Numbered from the stretch's first letter, positions 11,905 to 25,819 are shown. The stretch: DNA of 64,000 nucleotides from Octopus sinensis (GCF_006345805.1 NC_043007.1:25792001-25856000); one strand, 5' to 3'. Notes: generated from the letters alone by a model not told the origin. Program-made: numbers and translations.

Positions 11905-13301
11905 GAAGGTTGAAAAGGAACACACGAATTGATATATATATATATATGAATAAAAAGTCAAGGTAGAAAATGCTAAAATAATTCTATGAAAAACATTTCA
12001 GTACCGGTTTTGGTCATTGAGACTTTTTCAACTGTTAGTATGGAAAGCAATTAAATTTTGAAAAAATTAAATGTAAAGTATGCTTAAAAGAATATTTGCA
12101 TAGTATTGGAATACAAGGGGCATTTTCCTGATTTCTGACTGTCTCTGTCTTTCTTGTTTACTCTAGTGGGACCTCGAATCCACAAGAGTAAACAAGAGAG
12201 ACAGAGACAGTCAGATACAAGGAAAATGCCCCTCTCATAAGCTTGTCTTCCTAGTCATCATCATCATCATTTAGCATCCGCTTTCCATGCTAGCATGGGT
12301 TGGACGGTTCAACTGGGGTCTGTGAAGCCAGAAGGCAGCATCAGGCCCAGTCTGATCGGGCAGTGTTTCTATGGCTGGATGCCCTTCTTAACGCCAACCA
12401 CTCCGTGAGTGTAGTGGGTGCTTTTTACGTGCCACCCGCACAGGTGCCAGACGGAGCTGGCAAATGGCCACGAACGGATGGTGCTTTTACGTGCCACCGG
12501 CATGGGGGCCAGGTGAGGCTGGCAACGGACACGAACAGATGATGCCTTTATGTCCCACCGGCACAGAGGCCAGTCGGGGCGGCGCTGGCAACGGCCACGA
12601 TCGGATGGTTCGCTTAACCACAGCTGTTCATAATAATTTTTCTTTCGTCTTGACTTAACAGCTCTAACCATTTGATTTTACTGTCTTGTTCTCACTCTCC
12701 TGTTCTTGTTACCACTTTCACCCTCCGCAAAAAAATCCCAAATTTTATTTAATTTGCTTTGCGGGAATGACTGTTTCAACAAAGTCACATATTGTCCTTG
12801 CCTTTGAACGCGGAGTAGATGAAACAGGGACAACTGATGAAGGTAAATATGCTTTATGTTGTATATCTCATTTCTCTGTTTTCTTTCGTTCTTCGAAAAA
12901 AGTTTGTTTTCTGTTTTTGTTTTTATGTTTTCGTTTTTCATTGTGTTCAACGTTTTTTGATGCCCTTTACCCATCATCATCATCATCATCATCATCATTT
13001 AGCGTCCGTTTTCCATGCTAGCATGGGTTGGACGGTTCAACAGGGGTCTGTGAAGCCAGAAGGCTGCACCAGGCCCAGTCTGATCTGGCAGTGTTTCTAC
13101 GGCTGGATGCCCTTCCTAAAGCCAACCACTCTGCAAGTGTAGTGGGTGCTTTTTACGTGCCACCCGCACAGGTGCCAGACGGTGCTGGCAAACGGCCACG
13201 AACGGATGGTGCTTTTACATGCCACCGGCACGGGGCCCAGGCGAGGCTGGCAACGGACCCCTATGCATATATTTATATATTATTTATATTATTATATATA
13301 C

Positions 13302-13348
<47 letters not shown>

Positions 13349-13478
13349 CATGTGCGTGTGTATGTATGTATATATGGGTGTATTACCATTAAGCTAATGA
13401 ACAACAAGCAGGTGTATGAGTCTGATGCTCTAGGAAGTGAAAAAATCTTTTACGTTTCAAGCCTACACTCTTCAACAG

Positions 13479-13524
<46 letters not shown>

Positions 13525-14444
13525 ATTTTATTCATCTTGTTTCTTGTTTACTTGTTTCAGTCATTAGACTGTGACCATGCTGGGGCATTATTGTCATTCA
13601 TCTCTACATACGTTTTTTTCCATGTTGTCACGGATTAAATGAGACTTAATGAAATAGATTTTCTATGACTGGGTGCTCATCCTGTCAACAACCTTTACCC
13701 ATGTTCCAAGTAAGGTGTTTTCATTTACTAGTCCTCACACATTGAAAACAAATAAAGATCATCTGATTTGGCCACATACAATAATGATGATATTACTATT
13801 GCTAAACCAATAATAATTTTAAATCAAAGACGGAAGTTTTGTTTCAGTAAAGCAAAAAGGACTTCTGGCCAATGTGTGACCACCATCATACCATCATAAA
13901 TGTATGTCTAATTTACAGCAAATCAAAGTAGATTTATATTATAGAACAGCAAATTCATGGAATAAATAAACAATTACAGAATATATTGATCTGTTTTGGC
14001 AATAATAATCTTTCTAAGTGCTCAATGACCACTTCCATGCACGTGTGTCAAGGGTCAATGAAATCGCCATGAAAACTGCAAGTTAATAAATTTCTCATGA
14101 AGAGACTCCCAGAGAAAGGGGAAACTGCTTTTACCAAAGAGGAAACGGTACAACATAGACCAAGATTACTCAATGCAGTCATGGATAATCATAATCTAGA
14201 ATATCTTTGATCATTATTGGTATGCCAGATCAGAGCTAGCATAAATAGCAATGCATGCACAAACAATATGCACCAATTCACTGTTGGAGGTGTTGCTGTT
14301 TGGTTAAAAGGTTTGCTTTCCATGCGCAGGGCTCCAAGTTCAATCCCGCTGTGTGGCACTTCAAGTAAGTATTTTCTACTATAGCCGCTGGTTTACCAAA
14401 GTCTTGCGAGGAGATCTGGTAGACATACACTGCATGAAGCTCAT

Positions 14445-14600
14445 CGTATGTATGTATGTATATACATATGCATGAATGTGTGTATGTGTGTGATGTATGT
14501 ATGTGTGTGTATGTATGTATGTATGTATGTATGTATGTATGTATGTATGTATGTATGTATGTATGTATGTATGTATGTATGTATGAATGTATGTATGTTA
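14445..14600. repeat. (TATG)n microsatellite
   Basis: Directly visible. Confidence 0.95.
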
Positions 14601-15112
14601 CTGTTCACTTTTACTTCAAGATTTCTCTCCAATAGAGAAAGAGCCAGTTTCTAATCTAGATCCAAGGCTCCTTCACTGGAATTTCAACATCAACAACAGG
14701 GTATTTTTAGTGTAAGCAAGCTACTTACCACACAGCCACTTCTGTGCCTATATAAAAGTAAGTACAAGGAAATATACTTCTTTACCAACATTCTTTTAGG
14801 TTTTCACTTCAGTATAAGTCACTTCTATGTAATTACTGTATATCTGAAGGGGTATAAAATTCTGTTATTTACTAAAATTCTTACAGCCTTAAAGCAAATT
14901 TTTTCAACTTACCATTTGGAGACATAAACAGTGAACCAGAGGCCAATTCCTCGACAGCTATTTGCACTAATATTTTATTATATTATATTATATTATATTA
15001 TACTATGTTATACTATATTACATTATATCATATTATAATATATTATACTATATTATGTTATAATATATTATTATATTTAGTTTCAAGTTGTGAAACTTTT
15101 TCTGTCATATAT

Positions 15113-15520
15113 GCATAGGAGTGGCTGTGTAGTAAGTAGCTTGCTTTCGAACAACATGGTTCCAGGTTCAGTCCCATTGTGTGGCACCTTGGTTAAGTGT
15201 TTTCTACTTTAGCCTCGTGCTGACCAAAGCCTTGTGAATGGATTTGGTAGATGGAAACTGAAAGAAGCTCGTCGTATATATATATATGTATGTGTGTGTA
15301 TGTGTGTGTGTGTTTGTGTGTCTGTGTTTGCCCCCCTAGCATTGCTTGACAACCGATGTTGGTGTGTCTATGTCCCTGTCACTTAGCAATTCAGCAAAAA
15401 AGAGACCGATAGAATAAATACTGGGCTTACAAAGAATAAGTCCTGGGGTCAATTTGCTCGACTAAAGGCGGTGCTCCAACATGGCCACAGTCAAATGACT
15501 GAAACAAGTAAAAGAGTAAG
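15113..15520 (+). mobile_element. SINE family A
   Basis: Matches the family consensus. Confidence 0.9.
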
Positions 15521-16087
15521 AGTAATATACTACTGCTTCTTTTTTATTTTTTTCATTTCTATTTTGTGCTTTTGTTTGTTTTTTTTCACTCGAACTGTCT
15601 CTCCCGCACATAATCTTTCACACATTTATATACTGCATTCATTATACTGTTTATTATACATTTTTGGTTTTTTGGTTTTAATGTCTAGTGATCAGCCAAG
15701 ATCATTTTCCATCAAGCACTGATGGAGTATTGCTACTTCATATATAGGCAGTTGTGATTTTTATCATTTCTTTATCATTTTGTGTTTAAATGGCTTCCGG
15801 AAGAAACAGCAAGCAAATTTTGCAGCAACATTTAAATTGAAAATTATTGAAACTACACAGAAACCAAATAACTGCAATGCAGCAAGATATTTTCTTGCTT
15901 TTTCAGCAAAACTTGTGAAAGACTGGTGAAAGATATGAAACGTAAGAGCACTGACAAATGTAAAATGAGCAAACCAGGCAAGTGGTCAGAACCAGAGAAA
16001 AATAGATGCTGAGAAGATACCAATAAAAAACTCACCAAAAGAGAAAATGAGTCATTCATAAAGACATGGAAACTTACTTTCCTAACC

Positions 16088-16512
16088 ACTACCATACTCT
16101 TTACTCTTTTACTCTTTTACTCTTTTATTTGTTTCAGTCATTTGACTGCGGCCATACTGGAGTACCGCCTTTAATCGAGCAACTCGACCCCAGGACTTAT
16201 TCTTTTGTAAGCCCAGTACTTATTCTATCGGTCTCTTTTGCCGAACCGCTAAGTAACGGGGACATAAACACACTAGCATCGGTTTGTCAAGCAATGCTAG
16301 GGGGACAAACACACAAACACACACACGCATAATATATATATACATATATACGACAGGCTTCTTTCAGTTTCCGTCTACCAAATCCACTCACAAGGCTTTG
16401 GTCAGCCCGAGGCTATAGTAGAAGACACTTGCCCAAGGTGCCACGCAGTGGGACTGAACCTGGAACCATGTGGTTGGTAAGCAAGCTACTTAACACACAG
16501 CCACTCCTACAC
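16088..16512 (-). mobile_element. SINE family A inserted in a local tandem duplication
   Basis: Flanked by CTACCAT on both sides. Confidence 0.85.
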
Positions 16513-18667
16513 CTACCATCATCATCATTGATATTTGATGTCCGTTTTCCTTGATGGCATGGGTTGGACAGTTGGAAAGTTTGAGAGTTTGACAGGAACT
16601 GGCAATCCTGGAGTCTGTACGAAGCCCTGCTATTTGCATTAGCATAGCTTCTACAGCTGGATGCCCTTCCTAATGTCAACCACTTTACAGAGGGTACTGG
16701 GTGCTTTTTTTACATGGTACTTAGCAATAGTGATATCATCAAGTAAGTTGTAAGACAAGACCCCTTAACTGAGTGGTTAGCAAATGGTCAGAACCAGAGA
16801 AAAATAGATGTTGAGAAGATACCGAAAAAAACTCACCAAAAGAGAAAATGAGTCATTCATAACGATATACAAACTTAGTTACCTCACCACTACCATCATC
16901 ATCATTGATATTTGATGTCTGTTTTCCTTGATGGCATGGGTTGGACGGTTGGAAAGTTTGAGAGTTTGACAGGAACTGGCAATCCAGGAGACTGTACGAA
17001 GCCCTGCTATTTGCATTAACATAGTTTCTACAGCTGGATGCCCTTCCTAATGTCAACCACTTTACTGAGGGTACTGGGTGCTTTTTTTAAATGGTACTTA
17101 GCAGTAGTGAAGTCATCAAGTAAGTTGTAAGACAAGAGCCCTTAACTGAGTTTGACAGGAACTGGCAATCCAGGAGACTGTACGAAGCCCTGCTATTTGC
17201 ATTAGCATAGTTTCTACAGCTGGATGCCCTTCCCAATGTCAACCACTTTACAGAGGGTACTGGGTGCTTTTTTACATGGCACTTAGCAGGGAGAGAAGTC
17301 ATCAAGTAAGTTGTAAGACAAGACCCCTTATGTGAGAGGTGGAGTGGTGCTGAAAGGCAGGAAACGGTGTCTTGCAGTAGAGAAGAAACATGGCATCTGT
17401 GCTGGTGCCACATAAAAAGCATCTGTGCTAGTTCCACATAGAAAACACCTGTGCTGGCTCCACATAACAAACACCAGTGTTGGTGCCACATAAAAGCCTC
17501 CAATTCACGTTGTAAAGTGGTTGGCATTAGGAAGGGCATCCAGCTGTAGAAACCATACAAAAACAGATGACTAAATCCTGGTGTAGCCCTCCAGCTTGCC
17601 AGGAACTGTTGACCCACCCAACCCATGCCAGCATGGAAAACAGACATTAAATGATGATGATGATGACGACGACGGCGATAATGATGATGACCCTGATATA
17701 TTGTTGATGCTGTTATTTAACCCTAGGTCGACCCACCCTGCATGAGAAGTATTAATAAAGGCATTCCAACCTTACACATCCACTCTTTTATCCAGGCTTA
17801 GTTTATCAAGGACCACACTATCCCTATGTGTCTTTCATTTTAGATGGTAAGGTATGATTTGAGGGATATTTGGTTATTATTTCTAGTAGACCAAGCGATT
17901 ACATAGAGGTCCTCTCATTAGCTCTTATTAATATAATATCAGTATTATAGCTAATTAGATGTTAAAGGACAACACAATTCAAAACTAAATACATAAGTAT
18001 TTATATGAATATAATATATACAAGAGTGTGTGTGTGTGAGCGCACGTGCGCGAGTGTGCATGCATGTGTGTGTGTGTGTTTATATGTGCATGCAGACACG
18101 TATGCATAAAAGTATATAATGCTGTTACTAAAGTGGGCTGATTAGGTCTTGAAAGAAGACAAAATTAACATGAATACAATATACAAGTCTAATAATCATA
18201 ATGGATGGATTATATCTGAAGAGAAAAACAAAATTCTATGCTAAGAACAAGTTTAACATTATCAATACATTAGCTATGAAAGTATTATGGTAATCATGAG
18301 AATAATAAGTGGATTAATGAGAATAATTAGAAATACAGTAAAATTAATTAGAATATACTGCATCACATTAGGCAATGACTGATAATATTTGTCTTGGACA
18401 AAAGCGGCATGAGAATGTCTATAGTATGATTTCTGTGGAGTTGATGATAATTCCTAACAAAGAATTTGATAGACTTGGTGAATGGCCATAATCACAGAGG
18501 ACCATGTAGTTAGTGTCAGGTGTAGCTGAGTGGTTGAGAAGTGTACTTTCTAATAGCAAGGTTTTGAGTTCAAGTCCTCTATGTGTATCTTGGGGAAAAT
18601 GTCTTCTAGAAGGAGCTATGAGTCAACCAAAATCTTATGAAAGAAATCTGGGAGCTGGAATCCAGAG

Positions 18668-18849
18668 TTCAATTCCATTATCTTTTACTTATTTCAGTCA
18701 TTAGACTGTGGCCATGCTGGAGCACTGCCTTGAAGAATTTTTAGTTAAGCCTGATACTTATTTTATTGGTCTCTCTTGCTGAAGCACTGGCTTAAAGGGA
18801 TGTAAACACACCAACACAAGTTGTCAAGCAGCATTGATAACAAACACAG

Positions 18850-18893
<44 letters not shown>

Positions 18894-19050
18894 CACACAT
18901 ATATACGACAGGCTTCTTTTAGTTTTCATCTACCAAATCTATTCACAAAGCCATAGTAGAAGACACTTGTCCAAGATTCCACACAGTAGGACTGAACCCG
19001 GAACCATGTGGTGAGAAGCAAGCTTCTTAACACACAGCCACGCCTGTGCC
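18668..19050 (-). mobile_element. SINE family A, older diverged copy
   Basis: Recognisable tail, (CA)n centre and head, with many substitutions. Confidence 0.8.
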
Positions 19051-19641
19051 TATGTTTAGTTCTCTGAGCAAATATCTTCTACAGTAACCTTGGGTTAAAC
19101 AAACCCTTATGAAGAAAATTTAAGAGTTTGGAAACTATGTAGAAGCCTATCATAAGTATTGTGTCTTTATCAGGATGGCCTTAAGCCATCATCTGGTTTT
19201 ACACAATCACAACCTGGCCTAGGGATACCTTTTTTTCTTCTTTTTTATAAAAGACCCAACAAATAATGTGAGTTCATGGCTGTTTCTGCACTAGTTTCGC
19301 ATAGCCCCAGCCCATCCAAAGTACCTTGAATTGCAGAACGACCTACTGTGCTTACCTTGGATCGTAGGGTGATCTGCAGTGCTTGAGGAGACCTATTGAG
19401 TCAAGTACATCAACATCATAATAAATATCAAATGGAAATTGTAGTTGTGATACCTGTGCCGGTGACACGTAAAAAGCACCATCCGAACGTGGCTGATGCC
19501 AGCGCCGCACATATGCTAGGACACAACAACCTACAAAGCAGACCGAGTGCAGATATGAGCAGCATATGGGAACCGGTATTAAGGAAGGATAGAAAAATAT
19601 TAGATTTATAAGCCCTAAAATTCACTCCATAATTGCCCATG

Positions 19642-19857
19642 GGATATGGCATAGTGGTTAAGAGTGCAGGCTACTAACCCCAAGATTCCAAGTTCAATTC
19701 CAAGCAGTTAACAATAATAATAACAACATCAAAAAATACCTTAAGAATGAGAACCCAGGTTTGAAATTTCCCTAAGACACCTGAAGAAGGCTGGAGGGTA
19801 TATCAGCCGAAACATTATGTTAACGACAAATATCCGTCGAATGTAAATTTTGTAAAT
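19642..19857 (+). mobile_element. tRNA-headed short element carrying a hammerhead motif (family I)
   Basis: A box TGGCATAGTGG at 19647-57, B box AGTTCAATTCC at 19691-701, (AAT)n spacer, then ACAC-CTGAAGA-A-GGCTG loop CAGCC-GAAAC at 19777-19820. A headless copy lies at 33525-33685 (-). Confidence 0.7.
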
Positions 19858-20286
19858 AAGGATAGGTTTATTGTAATAAAGAAAGAGATGATATTACGCA
19901 AGTGTTTGGAGTGGGGCCAAGTATTTCACACATGTATGATTAGGTAAAGAGTGGAGGGGACATACAGCAGTAGTAGCACAATATAAAATAAATAAAAGGC
20001 AAATAAATGAAAAATAATATAAATGAGATATTTTCCTGAACAGCTCAACAACAATATTAACACAAGATCAAGCGAAATTAGATCAAAGTATTAGTCTGTT
20101 AGAGATTACAAGAGTTACAGATAAAAATTGATCAAATCTATTATTGTTTGAAAGACAGATGTTAGAAACAAGAGAATAAGAAAGCAAAGCAACAATGACA
20201 GCAACAACAACAACAATAATAATAGTAATAGTCCTTTCTACTATAGTCCTTTCAAGGCCTGAAATTTGGGGGAGGGAAATAATCAA

Positions 20287-20625
20287 TTACATCGACCCTA
20301 GTATTCGAGTGATACTTAATTTAACAATATCAAAAGGATGAAAAGCAAAGTCAACCTCAGTGGAATGAAATACTGCTAAGCATATTGCCCGGCATGCTAA
20401 CGATTCTGCCTTTAACAACAACAATAATAATAATAATCTTTTCCACTTATAGGCACAGGCCTCGATTTTGTGGGGAGGGGGATAGTCAATCATATCAACC
20501 CCAGTACTCAACTGGTGCTTAATTTATTGACTCAAAATGGATGAAAAGCAATGTCAACCTTGGCAGAATTTGAACTCAGAACATAGAGATGGACGAAATA
20601 CCGCTAAGTATTTTGTCCAGCGTTC
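20287..20625 (-). mobile_element. Two older family D2 SINE copies
   Basis: D body (CTTTCATCC...GTACCAGT) with an alternative tail AGGCCTTGTGCCTAT...GAAAGGATTATT. Similar copies at 21120-21335, 47525-47700, 47795-48010, 56920-57130 and 61005-61215. Confidence 0.75.
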
Positions 20626-20634
20626 TAACAATTC

Positions 20635-20666
<32 letters not shown>

Positions 20667-20691
20667 GTAATAGTAATAATAATAATAATAA

Positions 20692-21075
20692 CTAGCAGTA
20701 TCACCCGGCGTTGCTCGGGTTTGTAAGGGAAATAAATATAAAGGATTTTTTAGAGAGTTATAGCCAAAAAATAGCAAAAAAATGGGAAAAAAAAAGATGG
20801 TAATTTTTTTTGATAGTTAAAAAGGTCGAGTTGCGTTCCCATGACCATCTGTGGTTTGTATTTCTGATTGTCGACCCCATGTTGAATTTATCGATCTTTT
20901 TCAGAACTGGGGGGACTTTTCAAAATTTTCGCTGCGTTAGTTTTGAATTATGACATTGGGCTATGTGTGTGTCAAGTTTTATCAGAATCGGTTGAAAGCC
21001 GTGGTCAAAGTGAGGGTACAAGCAAACAGACACACAGAAACACACACAGACAAACTGCCGTTTATATATAGGAGA
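20692..21075 (-). mobile_element. Non-autonomous Helitron-like element
   Basis: A|TC start and CTAG|T end on the minus strand. Its 3' region matches 3627-4025, but its 5' half differs. Confidence 0.85.
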
Positions 21076-21095
21076 TAATAATAATAATAATAATA

Positions 21096-21126
<31 letters not shown>

Positions 21127-22689
21127 CCTTTCTGCTATAGGCACAATGCCTGGATTTTTGTTGGGAGGGGACAATTGATTGCATTGACCCCAGCACTTGA
21201 CTGGTACTTAATTTATTGATCCCAAGAGGATGAAAGGCAAATTTAAGCTAGGCACAATTTGAACTCAGAATGTAGTGACAGACAAAGTACTGCTAAGCAT
21301 TTCATCCAGTGTTCTAACAACTCTGCCAGCTCATTGCCTTCAATAATAATAAAAATAATGATACGCAAGAAGGGACTCTTTTTTTTTTACTTGTTTCGGT
21401 CATCTGACTGTGGCCATGCTGGAGCACCACCTTTAGTCGAGGACTTATTCTTTGTAAGCCTGGTACTTATTCTATCGGTCTCTTTTGCCAAACTGCTAAG
21501 TTACAGGGATGTAAACACACCAGCATCAGTTGTGCTAATGTTTCTGCCAGCTCACTGCCTTTTGGTAAGAAGCAAGCTTCTTACCAAACAACCATGCTTG
21601 CACCTATAAAATTTACCGCCAGCAGAATTTGAACTAAGATCATAAGCCGTTGGACAAAATGCCACTGAGCGTTTTATCCTGTGTCGTAACGATTTTGCCA
21701 GCTTGCCACCTTATAAATAATACATGTCACAATTTCTAACTACTAAACTTCACGGCTCCAATCACAGGGTATTGATCAAGCAGAAATGAAAACTGTAGAA
21801 GACACTAGTCCAATGTGTCACGCAATGATATTGAACCTAGAATCACATAGCTGTAAAGACAAATTGTTAACCCCAGCACCAAACCTCAGTCCTTACTACA
21901 ATAATACATTTACATGAGGTTCAAATGTCCCAAAGTCTTTGTTGGGGATACCACTTCCTCCTCCTACACATATTTATAATCAATACAGGTTGATCATCTG
22001 CTTCATGTGGACGTTCCTGATGAATGATCAATGATGCAAGTTGATGTAACAGGTTTTGTTTACCCCATGCTTACTCCAAATATATTTTTATCACGCTTTG
22101 TAATTCACTTTCAGGGCAGAGGGGGCGGGTGTATTGTTTTTGTTTTTTTTTGATGAGGTGAGTTCTTATTTTTGTTTTATTTTTTGTTTCATTTTTTTAC
22201 ATTTTTTTTTTGGGGCTTTTTTTTTTTCCTTTTATATTTTGCAGGAGTTTCCTCATAAGATTGTTTGGCAACAACAACAACGACGACGATGATGACAACG
22301 ACAACAACAACAACTACAACAGCATTGAGGTTCTATATTGTTTTGCTGCCATAACCACCTGTCAAAATCTAATATTACTGGAAAATGATGTGTGTGTGCG
22401 CATGCGTGTGTGTGTGTGTTTGTGGGTAATGTGAAGACAAATGAAATACTGCCAAGGGAGTTTCCTGTCTTCCCCCTTCCCTCCCAAAAACGATGGCTAT
22501 GTCTACTTATTTCCTTTGGAGCCTATCATTATGCTATTCATATATATACTTACATATTTGTGTGTATATGTGTTTGTATTTGCATGTGTGTGTGTGTGTG
22601 TGTTTATATATATATAAGGGAATATTATTCCAAACTTACAGGGAACAATTCAATTTAGAAATACTAAATCAAATTTCACAAAATATAAT

Positions 22690-23020
22690 ATATCATCATC
22701 ATCATCATCATCATCGTTTAACGTCCGTACTCCATGCTAGCATGGGTTGGACGGTTCGACCGGGGATCTGGGAAGCCAGAAGGCTGCACCAGGCTCCAGT
22801 CTTATCTGGCAATGTTTCTACAGCTGGATGCCCTTCCTAACGCCAACCACTCCGTTAAAGTGTAGTGGGTGCTTTTTACGTGCCACCCGCACAGGTGCCA
22901 GGCGAGGCTGGCAACGGCCACAGTCGGATTGGTGCATTTTACGTGCCACCGGCATGGAAGCCAGTCGAGGCGGCGCTGGCATCGGCCACAATTCAGATAG
23001 TGCTTTATACGTGCCACCGG
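22690..23020 (-). mobile_element. Family B retroposon
   Basis: (CAT)n tail plus the family B block and modules. Confidence 0.85.
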
Positions 23021-23432
23021 TCCAGTTTGAGTATAATTCGTAGGAACGCTTAAAAAATATGAATGAAACAGGTTGAAAGTTAAAGTCTTAGCTTTATATA
23101 TAAATTGGAAAAAAACACCTTTTATCAATTCAATAATGAAAAATTAAATTATACCATCTAGAAACTCAACAGACTGTTTTAGATGAAGAAGGGAAGATGT
23201 TAAAAATTTAAAAAGAATTTTTAACATCTCTTCTCCAACTTTAACAGTTTGTTGAGTTTCTATAGGATACTTGTTCTATAAATCCTCGTAACAAGCATTA
23301 TACTTGTAGCATTTTCATATTCATAAAATTCTCACAACAGTAAGCAACCAATGAAATATGAAGAATCTTTATTAGAAATTGACCTTTGGGACCTTCCAAA
23401 GTAAAGGATGAAATAGAACTCAACCTTTTCTC

Positions 23433-23468
<36 letters not shown>

Positions 23469-23469
23469 A

Positions 23470-23668
23470 TAAAGTTAATCCAAACAAGAAAGCACAAAAA
23501 AAAACACAACAATGCGAGGACATGGAACAAATATAGTATTATTGGACGCTCAGGAAAGAAGGAGGGTTTAACGTTTCGAGCGGAGCTCTTCGTCGGAAAC
23601 ATAGGAGAAGGAAAGATCCAGAGAAGAGAAGACAGAGGAAAAAAAAATCGCCAACAGTACACACGAGG

Positions 23669-23670
<2 letters not shown>
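23470..23670 (-). mobile_element. Family G PLE-like fragment with intact minimal hammerhead motif (23566-23600)
   Basis: GTTT-CCGACGA-A-GAGC tcc GCTC-GAAAC-GTT-AAAC, flanked by (TA)n on both sides. Confidence 0.7.
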
Positions 23671-23754
<84 letters not shown>

Positions 23755-23941
23755 TATATATATATATATTATAAAATGAGATAGGGGTTGTAAATTCAAC
23801 CCTCCATGGGATAACATATCTCCAATATACTGCTAGAGAGGTACCCAACAAGACTAATACATAAATGTTAAAAATTGCGGTGCAATTAATTCATCTACTG
23901 TATTATATGGGCAAGGGTAAAATTATTACCGTAAATTAATA

Positions 23942-24438
23942 ATACAAAATGAGAAAATGGAGAAACATACCTAAATCAATCATCAGATAATACCCAATCA
24001 ATACTTTATTAAACCATTACATAACAGCAATGACATTATACATAATATATTGCAAATATAACTAGACATGGAAACAGAAATAGAAAATACAATTACATCA
24101 TATCTGACAGCTGTTTCGGCCGTGAAGACAGGTATGTCTCATTTAACCTATTAGCCATATAAAGCAGGTATAAATGAGACATCCTTGTTAATGTCTCATT
24201 TATACCTGCTTTATATGGCTAATAGGTTAAATGAGACATACCTGTCTTCACGGCTGAAACAGCTGTCAGATATGATGTAATTGTATTTTCTATTTCTATT
24301 TCCATGTCTAGTTATATTTGCAATATATTATGTATAATGTCATTGCTGTTATGTAATGGTTTAATAAAGTATTGATTGGGTATTATCTGATGGTTGATGA
24401 TTGATTTAGGTATGTTTCTCCATTTTCTCATTTTGTAT
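23942..24438. repeat. Long inverted repeat (about 240-bp arms, 8-nt loop)
   Basis: Arms 23942-24182 and 24191-24438 are reverse complements apart from two substitutions and one 7-nt indel that I noticed. Confidence 0.95.
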
Positions 24439-24836
24439 ATATAGATGGTTTAATCAAATTATATGAAAACTTTATATCAGATTTTGAGCATAGGACCAAT
24501 TCTCTGGCTTTGGTTGAGCTTGTAATCCAGGTGGTAAAACAGATGAGTGGTAAGTCAATGGTTTCTGTTTCTTCCAACAACCATACCAACATAGGACGCA
24601 GGTTTTATACCTTTTAGATATAAGTTCTAACATCTTTTATGATTTTTGCCCTCTTTTAATTAGTATTTCTAAGTCAAACATTGTAAGCAACCATTCAAAT
24701 ATTAATTAGTGGCTAAGAGATTATGATTTTTGGGCAAGTAGAACATTAATTTGTGGAATCCGTACTGTAAAATGGTTTGTAATAGAAATGGCGCAAGTTT
24801 AAAAAAATTAACTTCACAGAAAAAATATTACATTAA

Positions 24837-25056
24837 CCCTTTCGTTACTGTATTTATCTTGAGAATCTCTGTTCTTCTTTCAATTACTTTAAATATAACA
24901 AAGAATTTAGTAAAATAACTTAGTTATCATTCGGCTAGTGTTAAGAACATAAATTGTGACAAAGGTTTGGTGAAAGATTTTAGTTCAAAACTTTTGAAAA
25001 CAAGACATTTGTACTCAGAGCCAGAGCCAGTTTCAGCCGGATTGGTAATGAAAGGG
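24837..25056. mobile_element. piggyBac-type MITE
   Basis: TTAA on both sides, TIRs CCCTTTCGTTAC / GTAATGAAAGGG. A related decayed copy lies at about 44103-44325. Confidence 0.85.
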
Positions 25057-25540
25057 TTAACAGTAACAGAGTTAATTTGTTTTCTCTGCTTGTGTATAAG
25101 ATGATAGATTGGAACAAGGCTGCCAGCCTCGTCTGGCTCCCGTGCCGGTGCTACATAAAAAGCACCAACCGTTCGTGGCTGTTGCCAGCCTCCCCTGGCA
25201 CCTGTGCAGGTGGCACGTAAAAAGCACCCACTACACTCACAGAGTGGTTGGCGTTAGGAAGGGCATCCAGCTGTAGAAACACTGCCAGATCTGACTGGGC
25301 CTGGTGCAGCCTTTGGGCTTCCCAGACCCCAGTTGAACCGTCCAACCCATGCTAGCATGGAAAGCGGACGTTAAACGATGATGATGATGATGATGATGAT
25401 GATATATATATGCATAGTCAAGTTCCATCTTACGATGTGGAAACTTGGGCAAGTGTCTTCCATCATAGCCTTGTACTAGAAAATGCTTTATGACTGAACC
25501 TAGTAGACGGAAACCATAATGGATATTTGGTGTGTGTGTG

Positions 25541-25575
<35 letters not shown>

Positions 25576-25819
25576 CACATGTGTATATGAATGTTTCCTT
25601 CCACATATCTCCACATTGAAACCATTTGGGCATCAATGACATTGTATGTGTGACTGCCAAAAACAATACATGCTACGGTTTAGTGGTTTCCACTGTGTGG
25701 AAACCCTTACTTGTAATAATGAGTAAGGGTTGGCAACAGGAAGGGCATCTGGTGGTAAAATACTGTTGCAATATGTTTCATCTAACCCAGCATGCAAAAA
25801 AAGTTGCTTGTAAAAATGA

